The position numbers and the translations under genes are program-made. The notes beneath the pieces were generated by a model. That model was not told where the DNA came from. It searched no databases and saw only the letters and a program-made list of their open reading frames with translations. Positions 9,106 through 18,790 of a stretch of DNA of 42,776 bases are shown piece after piece; within the stretch, counting starts at the first letter, position 1; each line of letters begins with the position of its first letter. Origin of the DNA: Methanocellales archaeon (GTDB lineage Archaea > Halobacteriota > JAWCLZ01); assembly GCA_038850285.1 (NCBI GenBank), contig JAWCMA010000010.1:1-42776 (forward strand). The letters run 5' to 3'.

Positions 9106-10545
9106 ATGACAATTGAAGGGCTTCGGAGAATTGGAGATTTAATCTGGGAAGTTCCCACAAACTATAAGCCTGGAATGCGAGTGCCTGCTCGCATATTTAT
9201 GTCGGAGAAGTTGATAAATGAAATTGAGAGGGAAGCAGTTATTCAAGCTATAAATGTTGCCACTTTACCAGGCATTCAAAAATATTCCATAGCAATGCCT
9301 GAGGCACACGTTGGCTATGGCTTTCCTATAGGAGGAGTGGCCGCATTTGATTTAAAAGAGGGCATCGTTTCCCCAGGGGGAGTGGGGTATGATATAAACT
9401 GCGGAGTTAGACTGCTGACCACGAATTTAAAAATCAAAGATGTTAAAGGCAGGATGCAAGAGCTAATCGCAGCTTTATATGACGCTGTGCCATGCGGTGT
9501 TGGCTCAAAGAGCGAGCTTAGAATTTATGGCAAAGAGCTCGATGAGGTATTCGTTAAAGGCGCTGAGTGGGCTGTGGAAAAAGGCTATGGGTCAAAGGCC
9601 GATTTGGAACACTGCGAGGAACACGGTGCACTGAAGGGCGCTAATCCAACTAAGGTAAGCGATAAGGCAAAGCAGCGGGGTACGCCTCAGCTTGGCACAC
9701 TGGGAAGCGGCAATCATTTCTTAGAAGTGCAAGTTGTGAAAGAAATTTATAATCCAGAAGTGGCAAAGGTTTTCGGACTGGAGAAGGACCAAATCGCTGT
9801 GAAAATTCATTCTGGCTCTCGAGGAGCTGGCCATCAGATTTGCACTGATTATCTCAGGATACTTGAAAGGGCAACGCTAAAATATGGCATTAAACTGCCT
9901 GACAAACAGCTTGCTTGCGCGCCAATTAACTCTCATGAGGGTAAAGATTATCTTGCTGCCATGGCAGCCGCGGCAAATTATGCTTGGGCGAATAGACAAA
10001 TGATGACCCACTGGGTTCGAGGAGTTTTCAAGAAGCTTTTTGGCATAAGTGAGGAAGAAATTCCCCTTCTCTACGATGTAGCGCATAATGTGGCAAAGCT
10101 TGAGGAGCACGTTGTTAATGGCGAGAGAAAAAAGGTATATGTGCATAGAAAAGGGGCAACTCGTGCATTTGGACCTAAGCATGAAGATGTCCCAGCGAAA
10201 TATCGCTCAGTCGGCCAACCTGTTTTAATTCCCGGGAGCATGGGTACTTCCTCTTATGTGCTCCATGGTACCGAGGAAGCAATGAAGCTCACCTTTGGCA
10301 GCACTTGCCATGGAGCTGGACGCACCATGAGCAGAACCTCTGGTTTAAAGGAATTTAGGGGAGCTGAGGTGAAGAAGCGACTAGCAGAGCAGGGTATAAT
10401 TGTAATGGCACCTAGCTATGACTCCATAGCGGAGGAAGCGCCAGAGGTTTATAAATCGGTTGATGAAGTCGTGGACGTGGTTCATAGAGTGGGGATCTCA
10501 AGAAAAGTTGCGAAGCTTGTGCCATTGGGTGTAACAAAGGGTTGA
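9106..10545 (+). CDS. rtcB: tRNA-splicing ligase RtcB
   Basis: GYGFPIGGV, GYDINCGVR, GSGNHFLEVQ, HSGSRG, HNVAK, HRKGATRA, PGSMG, STCHGAGR, EEAPEVYK. Confidence 0.97.
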   Translation: MTIEGLRRIGDLIWEVPTNYKPGMRVPARIFMSEKLINEIEREAVIQAINVATLPGIQKYSIAMPEAHVGYGFPIGGVAAFDLKEGIVSPGGVGYDINCGVRLLTTNLKIKDVKGRMQELIAALYDAVPCGVGSKSELRIYGKELDEVFVKGAEWAVEKGYGSKADLEHCEEHGALKGANPTKVSDKAKQRGTPQLGTLGSGNHFLEVQVVKEIYNPEVAKVFGLEKDQIAVKIHSGSRGAGHQICTDYLRILERATLKYGIKLPDKQLACAPINSHEGKDYLAAMAAAANYAWANRQMMTHWVRGVFKKLFGISEEEIPLLYDVAHNVAKLEEHVVNGERKKVYVHRKGATRAFGPKHEDVPAKYRSVGQPVLIPGSMGTSSYVLHGTEEAMKLTFGSTCHGAGRTMSRTSGLKEFRGAEVKKRLAEQGIIVMAPSYDSIAEEAPEVYKSVDEVVDVVHRVGISRKVAKLVPLGVTKG

Positions 10546-10631
10546 TTAAATTAAAAATTAAAAATTTAAAAATTAATTTCGAAAGAGATATTAAGAATTA
10601 AAGCATAGCCTAGAAAAACAGGGGAAGCTGA

Positions 10632-11624
10632 ATGAAAGTAGAGATAAATGTTGCCAAACTGGATGAGAGAATAGTTTACAGGCGGGATTCAATTTTCGAT
10701 TCCAGAGAGCTAACTTTTTATCCAGATAAATGCATGAAATGTGGAGAATGCTCAAGAGCGTGCCCCCACGATGCCATGCTCTATAGCCCTATAGGCGCAA
10801 GGGAGGCAGTGTCTCTGGATTTAAATAAATGCGTTTTCTGTAAAACATGCTCCTCGGTTTGTCCATATAACGCTCTAGAACTCACAATAAATGCACTTCC
10901 AACTGCTTCAACCATCAAAGGCTTGCTTCAAATTGATACTGCGAAGTGCCCGAAGGACTGCATCAAATGCATAGAAGTGTGCCCTAGAGAGGCATTGAAG
11001 ATGGCGAATGGAAAACTAGTGGTGGATGAAAAGCTCTGTGGCTACTGCGGTGTCTGCAGAGACGCATGTCCTGAGAAAATCATAAAGGTTTATAAAGCAA
11101 CTGAGGGCGAGATTGCCGTGGATTTAGAGAAGTGCGATGGCTGTGGAAACTGCGTGAGATCATGCCCCTATAAAATCATAACCCATCCAGAAGCGACGAA
11201 GCCCTTTGAAATCCCAGAGAATATCAAAATTGAAAGTAAATACTGCGTCTTCTGCGGAACTTGCACCACTGTTTGCCCGAATAATGCCATAACACTTAAG
11301 AAAAAACCTGCCCTTGGAATCCCAGGTCCGTGGAATAAAGCTCTGGAGAGAGTACAGAGGGAAAAGGTAACACTCATTCGAACCATCAATATAGCTGAAG
11401 ACATCTGCGTTGGATGCGGTGACTGTTCCATAGCTTGTCCTTTGAACAAGCTGGGGAAGCAAACCTATGAAGTGGTAAATGGAGTTTCAGTTAATCTAGG
11501 GTTGGAAGAGTGCAATGGCTGTGGATTATGTGCCAAAGTATGCCCGGTCAGCGCAGTTGCAATCGAGGGACCTAAGATTTCCAAGGTTAGAATGTATAGG
11601 ATAGTAAAGCCAGCTAAGGCTTAG
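10632..11624 (+). CDS. Polyferredoxin with 8 [4Fe-4S] motifs (FwdF-like N-part plus FwdG-like C-part)
   Basis: Eight CxxCxxCxxxCP-type motifs: CMKCGEC, CVFCKTC, CPKDCIKC, CGYCGVC, CDGCGNC, CVFCGTC, CVGCGDC, CNGCGLC. Confidence 0.9.
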   Translation: MKVEINVAKLDERIVYRRDSIFDSRELTFYPDKCMKCGECSRACPHDAMLYSPIGAREAVSLDLNKCVFCKTCSSVCPYNALELTINALPTASTIKGLLQIDTAKCPKDCIKCIEVCPREALKMANGKLVVDEKLCGYCGVCRDACPEKIIKVYKATEGEIAVDLEKCDGCGNCVRSCPYKIITHPEATKPFEIPENIKIESKYCVFCGTCTTVCPNNAITLKKKPALGIPGPWNKALERVQREKVTLIRTINIAEDICVGCGDCSIACPLNKLGKQTYEVVNGVSVNLGLEECNGCGLCAKVCPVSAVAIEGPKISKVRMYRIVKPAKA

Positions 11625-11908
11625 ATGAATCCCTCGATATTTTGGAATAAAGAAATCAAATTATATAGCAATTCTTGGCCAGCTAATACTAGGAAAAATA
11701 GCTGCTTTTGAAACCTTTGATAAGCCTTCGCTAGAAGAAATTGCAGATCAAGCTCAGACTCGAAGTTCTCCACCATTTCTAATTCCACTAATTCTTTAAG
11801 CAAAATAACTCTCCCCCCTTCGACTAGCACAGGCATGCTGCCGTGTCGCTCCAGAAGCTCCCCTTTTGAAATTGGAAATTTTATTCCGGTTAAATTGAAT
11901 TTACGCAT
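11621..11908 (-). CDS. Small hypothetical protein (FPISKGELLERHG, loosely DUF2795/DUF5789-like)
   Basis: Likely ATG at 11908 (MRKFNLTGIKFPISK). 4-nt convergent overlap with the polyferredoxin stop. Confidence 0.55.
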   Translation of the reverse strand: MRKFNLTGIKFPISKGELLERHGSMPVLVEGGRVILLKELVELEMVENFESELDLQFLLAKAYQRFQKQLFFLVLAGQELLYNLISLFQNIEGFI

Positions 11909-12078
11909 CTCAGCTCGACTTGCAAAGCAAATGTGCAAATAGGAATATAAATATTTCGCATATGTTTTTAACTTCTGACATCTATTCTACTATTCTAGGG
12001 TTGCTGGTTGCTCAACAAAATCCTTATCATTGAATATCACAATACTAAGTAAACTTAAGAAAATCCTACGGGAGGATC

Positions 12079-14892
12079 TTGTTGTATAGCGCAAGGGAAA
12101 TCGAGGCAAAGTGGCAGCGGAAGTGGGAGGAGGCAAAGATTTTCGAAGCAGATCCAAATGACAAACCCAAGTTCTTCGTTAACTTCCCTTATCCATATAT
12201 GAATGGCTACCTCCACCTTGGGCATGCGTTCAGCTTGATGAGGGTTGAGGTATATGCGCGGTATAAGCGCATGCAGGGCTATAATGTGCTATTTCCCTTT
12301 GCCTTTCACTGCACAGGCACGCCCATCGTTGCAGCTGCTCAAAGAATCGCGGAGAATGAAGAGAGGCAAATTGAAATCATGAGGGGAATGGGCATACCTG
12401 AGAGCGAGATCCCTAAATTCGCGGATCCAGTGTACTGGTGCGAGTTCTTCCCGCGGGAGACCATTAAGGATTTAAAAGCCATGGGAATGAGCATTGACTG
12501 GAGAAGGAGCTTCATTACTACTTCCCTTAATCCCTATTATGATAAGTTTATAAAATGGCAATTTAACAAGCTCAGGGAAGGGGGATTTATTTCCATTGGG
12601 GAGCATCCAGTGGTGTGGTGTCCTAAATGTAAAAATCCCGTGGGCGATCACGCGAGGCTTGAGGGCGAAGGAGTTACCCCTGAGGAGGTTTATCTCATAA
12701 AATTTGAATTCGAGGGCAAAATTTTACCCACTGCAACTTATCGCCCTGAAACTGCCTATGGCGTGACAAATCTCTGGGTATTGAGCGATGGAGAATACTT
12801 TGAGGCGAGGGTTGATGAGGAAATCTGGATTGCTTCTCGAGAAGCATTGGAGAGGCTCAAGGAGCAAAAACATAGGGTTGAGATCGCTGGGAGTTTAAAG
12901 GGGCGCGAGCTCGTTGGCAAGCGCTGTTTGAATAGGGTAACTGGTGTTGAAGTGCCAATTTTACCTGCGAGCTTCGTGGAGCTGAAAACAGGCACGGGAA
13001 TTGTAATGTCAGTTCCCTCGCATGCTCCCTATGATTATGCAGCGCTTAAAGAGATCAAGCTCGATCCTCAAAAATTTGGAGTAAGCCGAGAACTAGTGGA
13101 GGAGATAAAGCCTATTTCACTAATTGCAATTGAGGGATTTAGAGAGCATCCAGCAGTGGAGATAGTGGAAGCAATTGGTATCGAGAGTCAGAGTGATGAG
13201 AAGCTAGAGGAAGCAACTAGGGAGATATACAAGCGAGAATTCCACACTGGCGTGCTCAAAGCGAATACTGGGAAATACGCGGGGAAAAAAGTTTTTGAGG
13301 CTAAAGCTGAAATAATTAAGGATTTCATAGCTGAGAATAAGGCTGCGGTTTATTATGAATTGCCTGAGAAGGTGGTATGCAGATGTTTGACTGAGTGCAT
13401 TGTAAAGATAGTCTCGGATCAGTGGTTTTTGAACTATGAGGATAGAAATTGGAAGGCAAAGGCGCGGGAAGTGCTGAATAAAATGGCTTTCTATCCTGAA
13501 AAGGCAAGGCTGCAGTTTGAATATGTTATAAACTGGCTTAAAGCTTGGGCGTGCACACGCGAACTTGGCCTAGGCACGGTTTTACCTTGGGATGATAAAT
13601 GGGTAATTGAATCACTATCGGATTCAACGATTTACATGGCATATTATACCATTGCCAAGTACTTGGAGAATTCAAAATATGGGATAAAGGCAGAGAACAT
13701 CGATGATGCATTTTTCGACTACCTCTTCTTAAGTAGAGGAGACCGCGATAGAGTGGCGAAGAAAGCAGGTATAGATGCAGAGCTGCTTGATGCTATTAAG
13801 CGGGAATTTGAATACTGGTATCCATTTGACTTCCGGAATTCAGGTAAAGACCTTGTGCAGAATCACCTTGCTTTTTGCATCTTCAACCACGCTGCAATAT
13901 TCCCGGAGAAATACTGGCCGCGTGCTTTCGGAGTGAACGGCTGGGTGCAAGTTGATGGAGAGAAAATGAGCAAGTCCAAGGGCAATTTCTATACCCTTAG
14001 GCAGATTTATGAGAGATTTGGCGCTGATGTCACGAGATTCACACTTATGTATGCTGGTGAGGGACTTGACGATCCCAACTGGGAAACTGAATTTGCAAAA
14101 ACCGCTGGTGCCAAGCTCGAGCAGTGGTATAGCTTTGCGATTGAGAACTATGGAAAGGGGAGAAAGGAAAGGGAGCTCATAGATGACTGGTTTGATTCAA
14201 ATGTTCATCGCACTTTAAAAGAAGTGAGGGAAGCAATGATGAGAACGGAGTTTAGGACTGCTCTGCAGAAGGGCTACTTTGATATGCAGAATTACTTCCG
14301 ATGGTATGCCCGTCGAACTCGAGAGTTTAACGCTATGTCTATATCCAATTTTATTGAGATTCAAACTTTGATTCTAGCGCCATTTGTACCGCATATTTGT
14401 GAGGAGATCTGGGAGAAATTAGGCAAGGGGGGATTCATATCTCTCGCTGCTTATCCAGAATATGATGCATCGAAGATAAATGAGCGCGTGGAGAAAGCAG
14501 AGGAATTCCTCAGGAGCTTGATCGCTGATATTCACGAGATTTTAAAGGTCGCTAAGATTGAGAATCCTAAACTGGCATATATTTATACAGCTGAGGAGTG
14601 GAAGTGGAGGGCTTTAAAAATTGCTTCTGGGAAGAGCATTGGGGAGGCTTTGAAGGAGATCATGAAGCATGAGGAAATGCGCAAACTAGGGAGAGAGGTT
14701 GCTAGATATATTCAAAAGATAGCTGGGGAGAGGGTAACTATTGAGGAGATTCCCGAGGAGCAGATATTGCTTGAGGCTAGGGATTTTATAGCTAGAGAGA
14801 CCCAGCTTGAGATTGAGATCAATCCTCCTTCTGATCCTGAGAATAAGCGCAGATTTGCATTTCCCTTGAGACCAGCAATTTACATAAAATAG
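12079..14892 (+). CDS. leuS: Leucine--tRNA ligase, archaeal type
   Basis: PYPYMNGYLHLGH (HIGH), KMSKSKGN, CP1 editing domain TYRPET...GTGIVMSVPSHAPYD, WVIESLSDSTIY. SD GGAGGA. Confidence 0.98.
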   Translation: MLYSAREIEAKWQRKWEEAKIFEADPNDKPKFFVNFPYPYMNGYLHLGHAFSLMRVEVYARYKRMQGYNVLFPFAFHCTGTPIVAAAQRIAENEERQIEIMRGMGIPESEIPKFADPVYWCEFFPRETIKDLKAMGMSIDWRRSFITTSLNPYYDKFIKWQFNKLREGGFISIGEHPVVWCPKCKNPVGDHARLEGEGVTPEEVYLIKFEFEGKILPTATYRPETAYGVTNLWVLSDGEYFEARVDEEIWIASREALERLKEQKHRVEIAGSLKGRELVGKRCLNRVTGVEVPILPASFVELKTGTGIVMSVPSHAPYDYAALKEIKLDPQKFGVSRELVEEIKPISLIAIEGFREHPAVEIVEAIGIESQSDEKLEEATREIYKREFHTGVLKANTGKYAGKKVFEAKAEIIKDFIAENKAAVYYELPEKVVCRCLTECIVKIVSDQWFLNYEDRNWKAKAREVLNKMAFYPEKARLQFEYVINWLKAWACTRELGLGTVLPWDDKWVIESLSDSTIYMAYYTIAKYLENSKYGIKAENIDDAFFDYLFLSRGDRDRVAKKAGIDAELLDAIKREFEYWYPFDFRNSGKDLVQNHLAFCIFNHAAIFPEKYWPRAFGVNGWVQVDGEKMSKSKGNFYTLRQIYERFGADVTRFTLMYAGEGLDDPNWETEFAKTAGAKLEQWYSFAIENYGKGRKERELIDDWFDSNVHRTLKEVREAMMRTEFRTALQKGYFDMQNYFRWYARRTREFNAMSISNFIEIQTLILAPFVPHICEEIWEKLGKGGFISLAAYPEYDASKINERVEKAEEFLRSLIADIHEILKVAKIENPKLAYIYTAEEWKWRALKIASGKSIGEALKEIMKHEEMRKLGREVARYIQKIAGERVTIEEIPEEQILLEARDFIARETQLEIEINPPSDPENKRRFAFPLRPAIYIK

Positions 14893-14961
14893 AATTATTT
14901 AAATGAAATAGAATAAAGAAAATAATTACAGAAATATAATTCCAGTGGAAACAAAGGGGTT

Positions 14962-15582
14962 ATGGTGAGTTTGGAGCAAAAGCTTGCATGGGAGCAAGAA
15001 CATATAACGACAAACTGGAGGGGGCCATTTTCAATTCAGCCCCTTTTAAAATACCTCCACCCCCATGAATATATACTAGACGCTGGCTGTGGAAGAGGTA
15101 GATATCTTTACCCCCTTGCGAGAAGGGGATATAAAGTTATTGGATGTGATTTTGCACTCCCAGCTTTGAGGGAGCTAAAGCAAAGGGGTCTAGAGATCGC
15201 AGTGGGTGAAATTTCCAACCTGCCATTTAAAACCAACGTATTCCAAGCTGTGCTTTGCTATGGCGTACTCCAACATTTTCTTAAAAGGCAGAGAGAACTA
15301 ACTATTGCTGAAATGCATAGAGCGATCAAGCCAGGAGGAAAGTTATTCTTGGAAGTCCTAGGTAGAGAAGATATGAGATATGGCAAGGGCGAGAAGATAG
15401 AGAAAGATACCTTTCAGAGGAAAAGCGGCATAATCTATCACTACTTCTCTTCGCATGAACTAAGAGAACTTCTTCGAGCTTTTGAGATCATAAAAATTGA
15501 GGATAAAAAAATTGAAAAAACATTCAAGGGCGAGAAATACACTAGGCATTTTATCTTCGCAATTGCCTCCTCGCCTCGATAG
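14962..15582 (+). CDS. Class I SAM-dependent methyltransferase
   Basis: ILDAGCGRGR motif I, LPF...FQAVLCYGVLQH, IKPGGKLF. Confidence 0.9.
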   Translation: MVSLEQKLAWEQEHITTNWRGPFSIQPLLKYLHPHEYILDAGCGRGRYLYPLARRGYKVIGCDFALPALRELKQRGLEIAVGEISNLPFKTNVFQAVLCYGVLQHFLKRQRELTIAEMHRAIKPGGKLFLEVLGREDMRYGKGEKIEKDTFQRKSGIIYHYFSSHELRELLRAFEIIKIEDKKIEKTFKGEKYTRHFIFAIASSPR

Positions 15583-16096
15583 CTTTAAGCAGCTCAGCCA
15601 ATTGAGGAATTTTAATCTCTGCTCTTGCTGTATCCCAGAAAGACTCAAAATTCAAATTTGAATATACATTCTCATACTCGAGCGCTTGAAATGCCATCTC
15701 AAGTTTATCAAGCTGCTTCAAAAATAAAGCCTCTTCAGAAGCTACATTTTGATATTCCATCCCGAGCTCGATAAACTCAACATCCCCCAGCAGAACCAAT
15801 AGAGCCTCAGCGAAGCAGCGCTCTTGCAGACGTTTTTCCTCAACTTTATCGTCATAAGGCGTTATATCCCCCGTTTCTATCTCACCTAAATCGTGCAAGA
15901 GAGCCATTTTCACAAGCTTCTCGCAATTGAGCTTGAATCTCTTGCCAAGAACCATTGCAAGCAATGCAAGGAAGTAGCTATGCTCAGCCACACTCTCAGG
16001 CTCTTTAACACCAACTCGAACCCAACCCTTTCTAGTGGTTGATTTAAGTTCTATTGCCCTAAGGAAAAAATCTATAAGTTCTAACATTTCAGACAT
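15551..16096 (-). CDS. HD-domain phosphohydrolase (YfbR/HD_3 family)
   Basis: LKSTTRKGW, ESVAEHS, MALLHDLGE...GDITP, DKLEM. Confidence 0.9.
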   Translation of the reverse strand: MSEMLELIDFFLRAIELKSTTRKGWVRVGVKEPESVAEHSYFLALLAMVLGKRFKLNCEKLVKMALLHDLGEIETGDITPYDDKVEEKRLQERCFAEALLVLLGDVEFIELGMEYQNVASEEALFLKQLDKLEMAFQALEYENVYSNLNFESFWDTARAEIKIPQLAELLKAIEARRQLRR

Positions 16097-16113
16097 TTCT
16101 TAATCCCTCAGCA

Positions 16114-16725
16114 TTAATCTAATCGCCGGGACAAAAATTCTTCTGCAAATTTCAAGTCATCCAGAGTATTCAAATTAACCGCAAGCTCCACTTTTTTTGA
16201 GATATAGACATATTCCTCCTGTTCCTCGTGAATGTACCCGCCGTGTAAAATATTAATTCCACTTGGCACTACCTTGATGTTAAATTTTTCAAGAACAATA
16301 TTTGGTCTCAATCTAAGCTCTTCAAATAAAGAAAGCGGCACATAAACTGCGAGCGCGGGCTTATTCACGCTTCGATAAACCTCAATAATTTCCTCAATGA
16401 TTACACTTGTTATTAAAGGCAGATCTCCAGCTAGAAGTAGAAAAGGCTCCCTCAAACCCGTTTTTTCCACGGCATAGATGTAATCAGCAATATAGCCATT
16501 TCCAGGGGCTTCAACAACTTTAATATTTGGATAGCTTTTCTCCAGATATTCCCGTGTCTTAAGCGTACTGGGAGAAACAATAGCAAAAATTTCCTCAATG
16601 GAAGAATTAAGAAGAGCTTGGATAACGTAATCAATTAACTTTTTACCCCTTACCTCAAGCAAAGGCTTCTCAACATTCAAGCCCAGTCTCGAGCCAGCTC
16701 CCCCTGCCATTAATATCGCGTGCAT
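16114..16725 (-). CDS. cobY: GTP:adenosylcobinamide-phosphate guanylyltransferase (CobY, MobA-like NTP transferase)
   Basis: MAGGAGSRL...EKPLL, PGNGYIAD, GDLPL, NLNTLDDL. Overlaps the 3' end of cobS. Confidence 0.88.
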   Translation of the reverse strand: MHAILMAGGAGSRLGLNVEKPLLEVRGKKLIDYVIQALLNSSIEEIFAIVSPSTLKTREYLEKSYPNIKVVEAPGNGYIADYIYAVEKTGLREPFLLLAGDLPLITSVIIEEIIEVYRSVNKPALAVYVPLSLFEELRLRPNIVLEKFNIKVVPSGINILHGGYIHEEQEEYVYISKKVELAVNLNTLDDLKFAEEFLSRRLD

Positions 16726-17474
16726 GCTATTACACCTGCAAATAGCGCAACTAATCTGCCAATTTCATTTGCTGCACCCATTACATCGCCACTCACGCCA
16801 CCAAAATTTCTATTCGCAATGTGCAGAATTAATAATGCGGAGATAGCGCTTGAAAATAAAATAGCAATTCCATAGATATCGAGAGCGATGTAGGCAATGA
16901 GTGCTGAAAAAAATAGAGCAGCTATGAAATCTCGCTTCTTGGAATGTTCAACCATAGCTGAGCCAAAACCCCTATGCGTGCTCCTCCCCCAGATTATTAT
17001 TATCACCATACTTAGCTTCGCTGCAGTTTCAGCTATCACCATTAACTTAAACAGTAAAGCGGGCATCCTCAAATCAGCAATTGCCCAGAGTGTAGAGAAT
17101 AAAGCCAATATATTCACGGTGCAGAGAAGCACGCCTCCCGCACCAAGCCTTGGATCTCGCATGACTGCTATTTTCTCCTCCTTCGTACCCTGCGCAGCTA
17201 CCCCATCTGCAAAGTCTGCTAAGCCGTCTAGATGGTTCACTCCCGTAATTAAATAAAGCAAGCAAATGAGCGATATAGATGTAATCCCAGGGAGTAATGC
17301 GGGTTGCAAAAGATAGCCAAAACTGCCGATTACTGCTCCCATTATAAATCCAAATAATGGGAAGAGATATACATGCCGCGAAAGCGTTTCGAATTCTTCT
17401 AAGCCCGCGTTAATTGGAATAGTGGTGAAGAAGCCAACGCCTGCCTTAAGCGCTTTCCTTAACTCAAAACCCAA
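16710..17474 (-). CDS. cobS: Adenosylcobinamide-GDP ribazoletransferase (cobalamin synthase)
   Basis: FFTTIP, GVNHLDGLADFADG, MRDPRLGAGG, FGGVSGDVMGAANE. Multiple TM segments. Confidence 0.96.
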   Translation of the reverse strand: MGFELRKALKAGVGFFTTIPINAGLEEFETLSRHVYLFPLFGFIMGAVIGSFGYLLQPALLPGITSISLICLLYLITGVNHLDGLADFADGVAAQGTKEEKIAVMRDPRLGAGGVLLCTVNILALFSTLWAIADLRMPALLFKLMVIAETAAKLSMVIIIIWGRSTHRGFGSAMVEHSKKRDFIAALFFSALIAYIALDIYGIAILFSSAISALLILHIANRNFGGVSGDVMGAANEIGRLVALFAGVIACTRY

Positions 17475-17489
17475 GTTAATCCCTCTGCT

Positions 17490-18779
17490 TTAACTTTCAG
17501 GTTCTACAATTAGATAATATTCCTCTTTTTTAAGCACCCTCAATCTCTGTCCTTTTTTGACCTCTTTTTCACTCCTCGCTTGCCAGCGCTCCCCCTGGAA
17601 CATTATAAAGCCAGTTGCACCTGGCGGTATATCTTCAATGGCTATGCCTAAATCTGGAATTGCCTTCATCGCTGGCTTGCGCATCCTCACTTGGATTACC
17701 TTGTAGATTATGAAGGCAAATAAAATTGCAATTATAGCTGTGATTAAAATAAAGGTGAATATAGCCATGTTATACCACTCCGCAGCTATATACCACTTCT
17801 GAGCATCTCTGCTGATTAAAAATATATTGCCAATGGCAATGCAAATTATGCCTGCGATTGCAAGTGCCCCGAAAGTATGAACGTGCACTTCATAGATAAG
17901 CAGCCCGATGCCTATTATCACAAGCAGCAAGCCAGCTATATTGACATCGAATCCAATTCCAACCAATCCGAGAATCAAGCATATTACACCTGCAACTTCC
18001 ATTCCTATGCCTGGAGATGAGAGGCCGAAGATTATTCCATATATGCCTAGAAGCATTAAAATGCCGGAGATAAGCGGATCGCTCAACATACGCATGACGC
18101 TTACCCTAATACTAGGAGAGAACTTTTCCAGCTCAGCATCTTTAGTTCTAAGTGTATGCTTGCCTTGAACTGTTTCAACTTGCATTCCATCCACTTTTTC
18201 AAGCAAATCTCTTGGATTTGATGCAACTACCTCTATTACACCATACTTCAAAGCCTCATCGGCATTCAAATTCAGATTCTCAGTTATGAATTTCTCAACC
18301 GCGGTTTCATTTCTCCCGTGCGCTCTAGCTTTTTCCTTAATGCTCGCCACGAGAGCATTTATTATCTTAGGCTCACTTATAGGTTGAGCAGCACCTCCCC
18401 ACTGCACCTCCACAGGCTGGGCAGAGCCAATTATGGTGTGGGGTGCCATCGCGGCCACGTGCGAGCTCATTAAAATAAATACACCTGCACTCCACGCGTG
18501 TCCCCCTTGGGGATATACATAGCATATGACTGGCGTGCTTGATTGCTCAATTGCTCGAGTAATCTTAAACATCGCATCAACGCTCCCCCCTGGAGTGTTA
18601 AGCAAGATCAAAAGAGCTTCATAGTTCCCGCTTCTTCCATAGTCCAGTGCTTGATCTACATTATCAGCGGTGCTAGAAGTTATGGCCTCATCTATCTCGA
18701 CAGCTAAAACTGAGCGCCCGGAAGCTATAGCTGTGCACAGCGAGAGGATTAAGAATAAGCTAAGAATATACCTTTTCAT
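17490..18779 (-). CDS. nfeD: NfeD long form, membrane-bound ClpP-class serine protease
   Basis: Likely ATG at 18779 (signal peptide MKRYILSLFL...). LNTPGG, AWSAG (catalytic Ser), IGSAQPV, EPK (Lys), four or more TM segments, C-terminal OB fold GERWQARS. Confidence 0.92.
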   Translation of the reverse strand: MKRYILSLFLILSLCTAIASGRSVLAVEIDEAITSSTADNVDQALDYGRSGNYEALLILLNTPGGSVDAMFKITRAIEQSSTPVICYVYPQGGHAWSAGVFILMSSHVAAMAPHTIIGSAQPVEVQWGGAAQPISEPKIINALVASIKEKARAHGRNETAVEKFITENLNLNADEALKYGVIEVVASNPRDLLEKVDGMQVETVQGKHTLRTKDAELEKFSPSIRVSVMRMLSDPLISGILMLLGIYGIIFGLSSPGIGMEVAGVICLILGLVGIGFDVNIAGLLLVIIGIGLLIYEVHVHTFGALAIAGIICIAIGNIFLISRDAQKWYIAAEWYNMAIFTFILITAIIAILFAFIIYKVIQVRMRKPAMKAIPDLGIAIEDIPPGATGFIMFQGERWQARSEKEVKKGQRLRVLKKEEYYLIVEPES

Positions 18780-18790
18780 CCTCGCGCGTC

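Noticed and set aside
623-11624. TAG read as pyrrolysine
   Set aside because: The TAG codons (623, 3121, 7666, 9091, 11624) all fall at natural protein ends next to the following gene.
15551-15582. Convergent 3' overlaps (also 11621-11624, 29976-29979, 32410-32413, 40982-40985) as antisense regulation
   Set aside because: These are ordinary in compact archaeal genomes, and nothing further supports a regulatory role.
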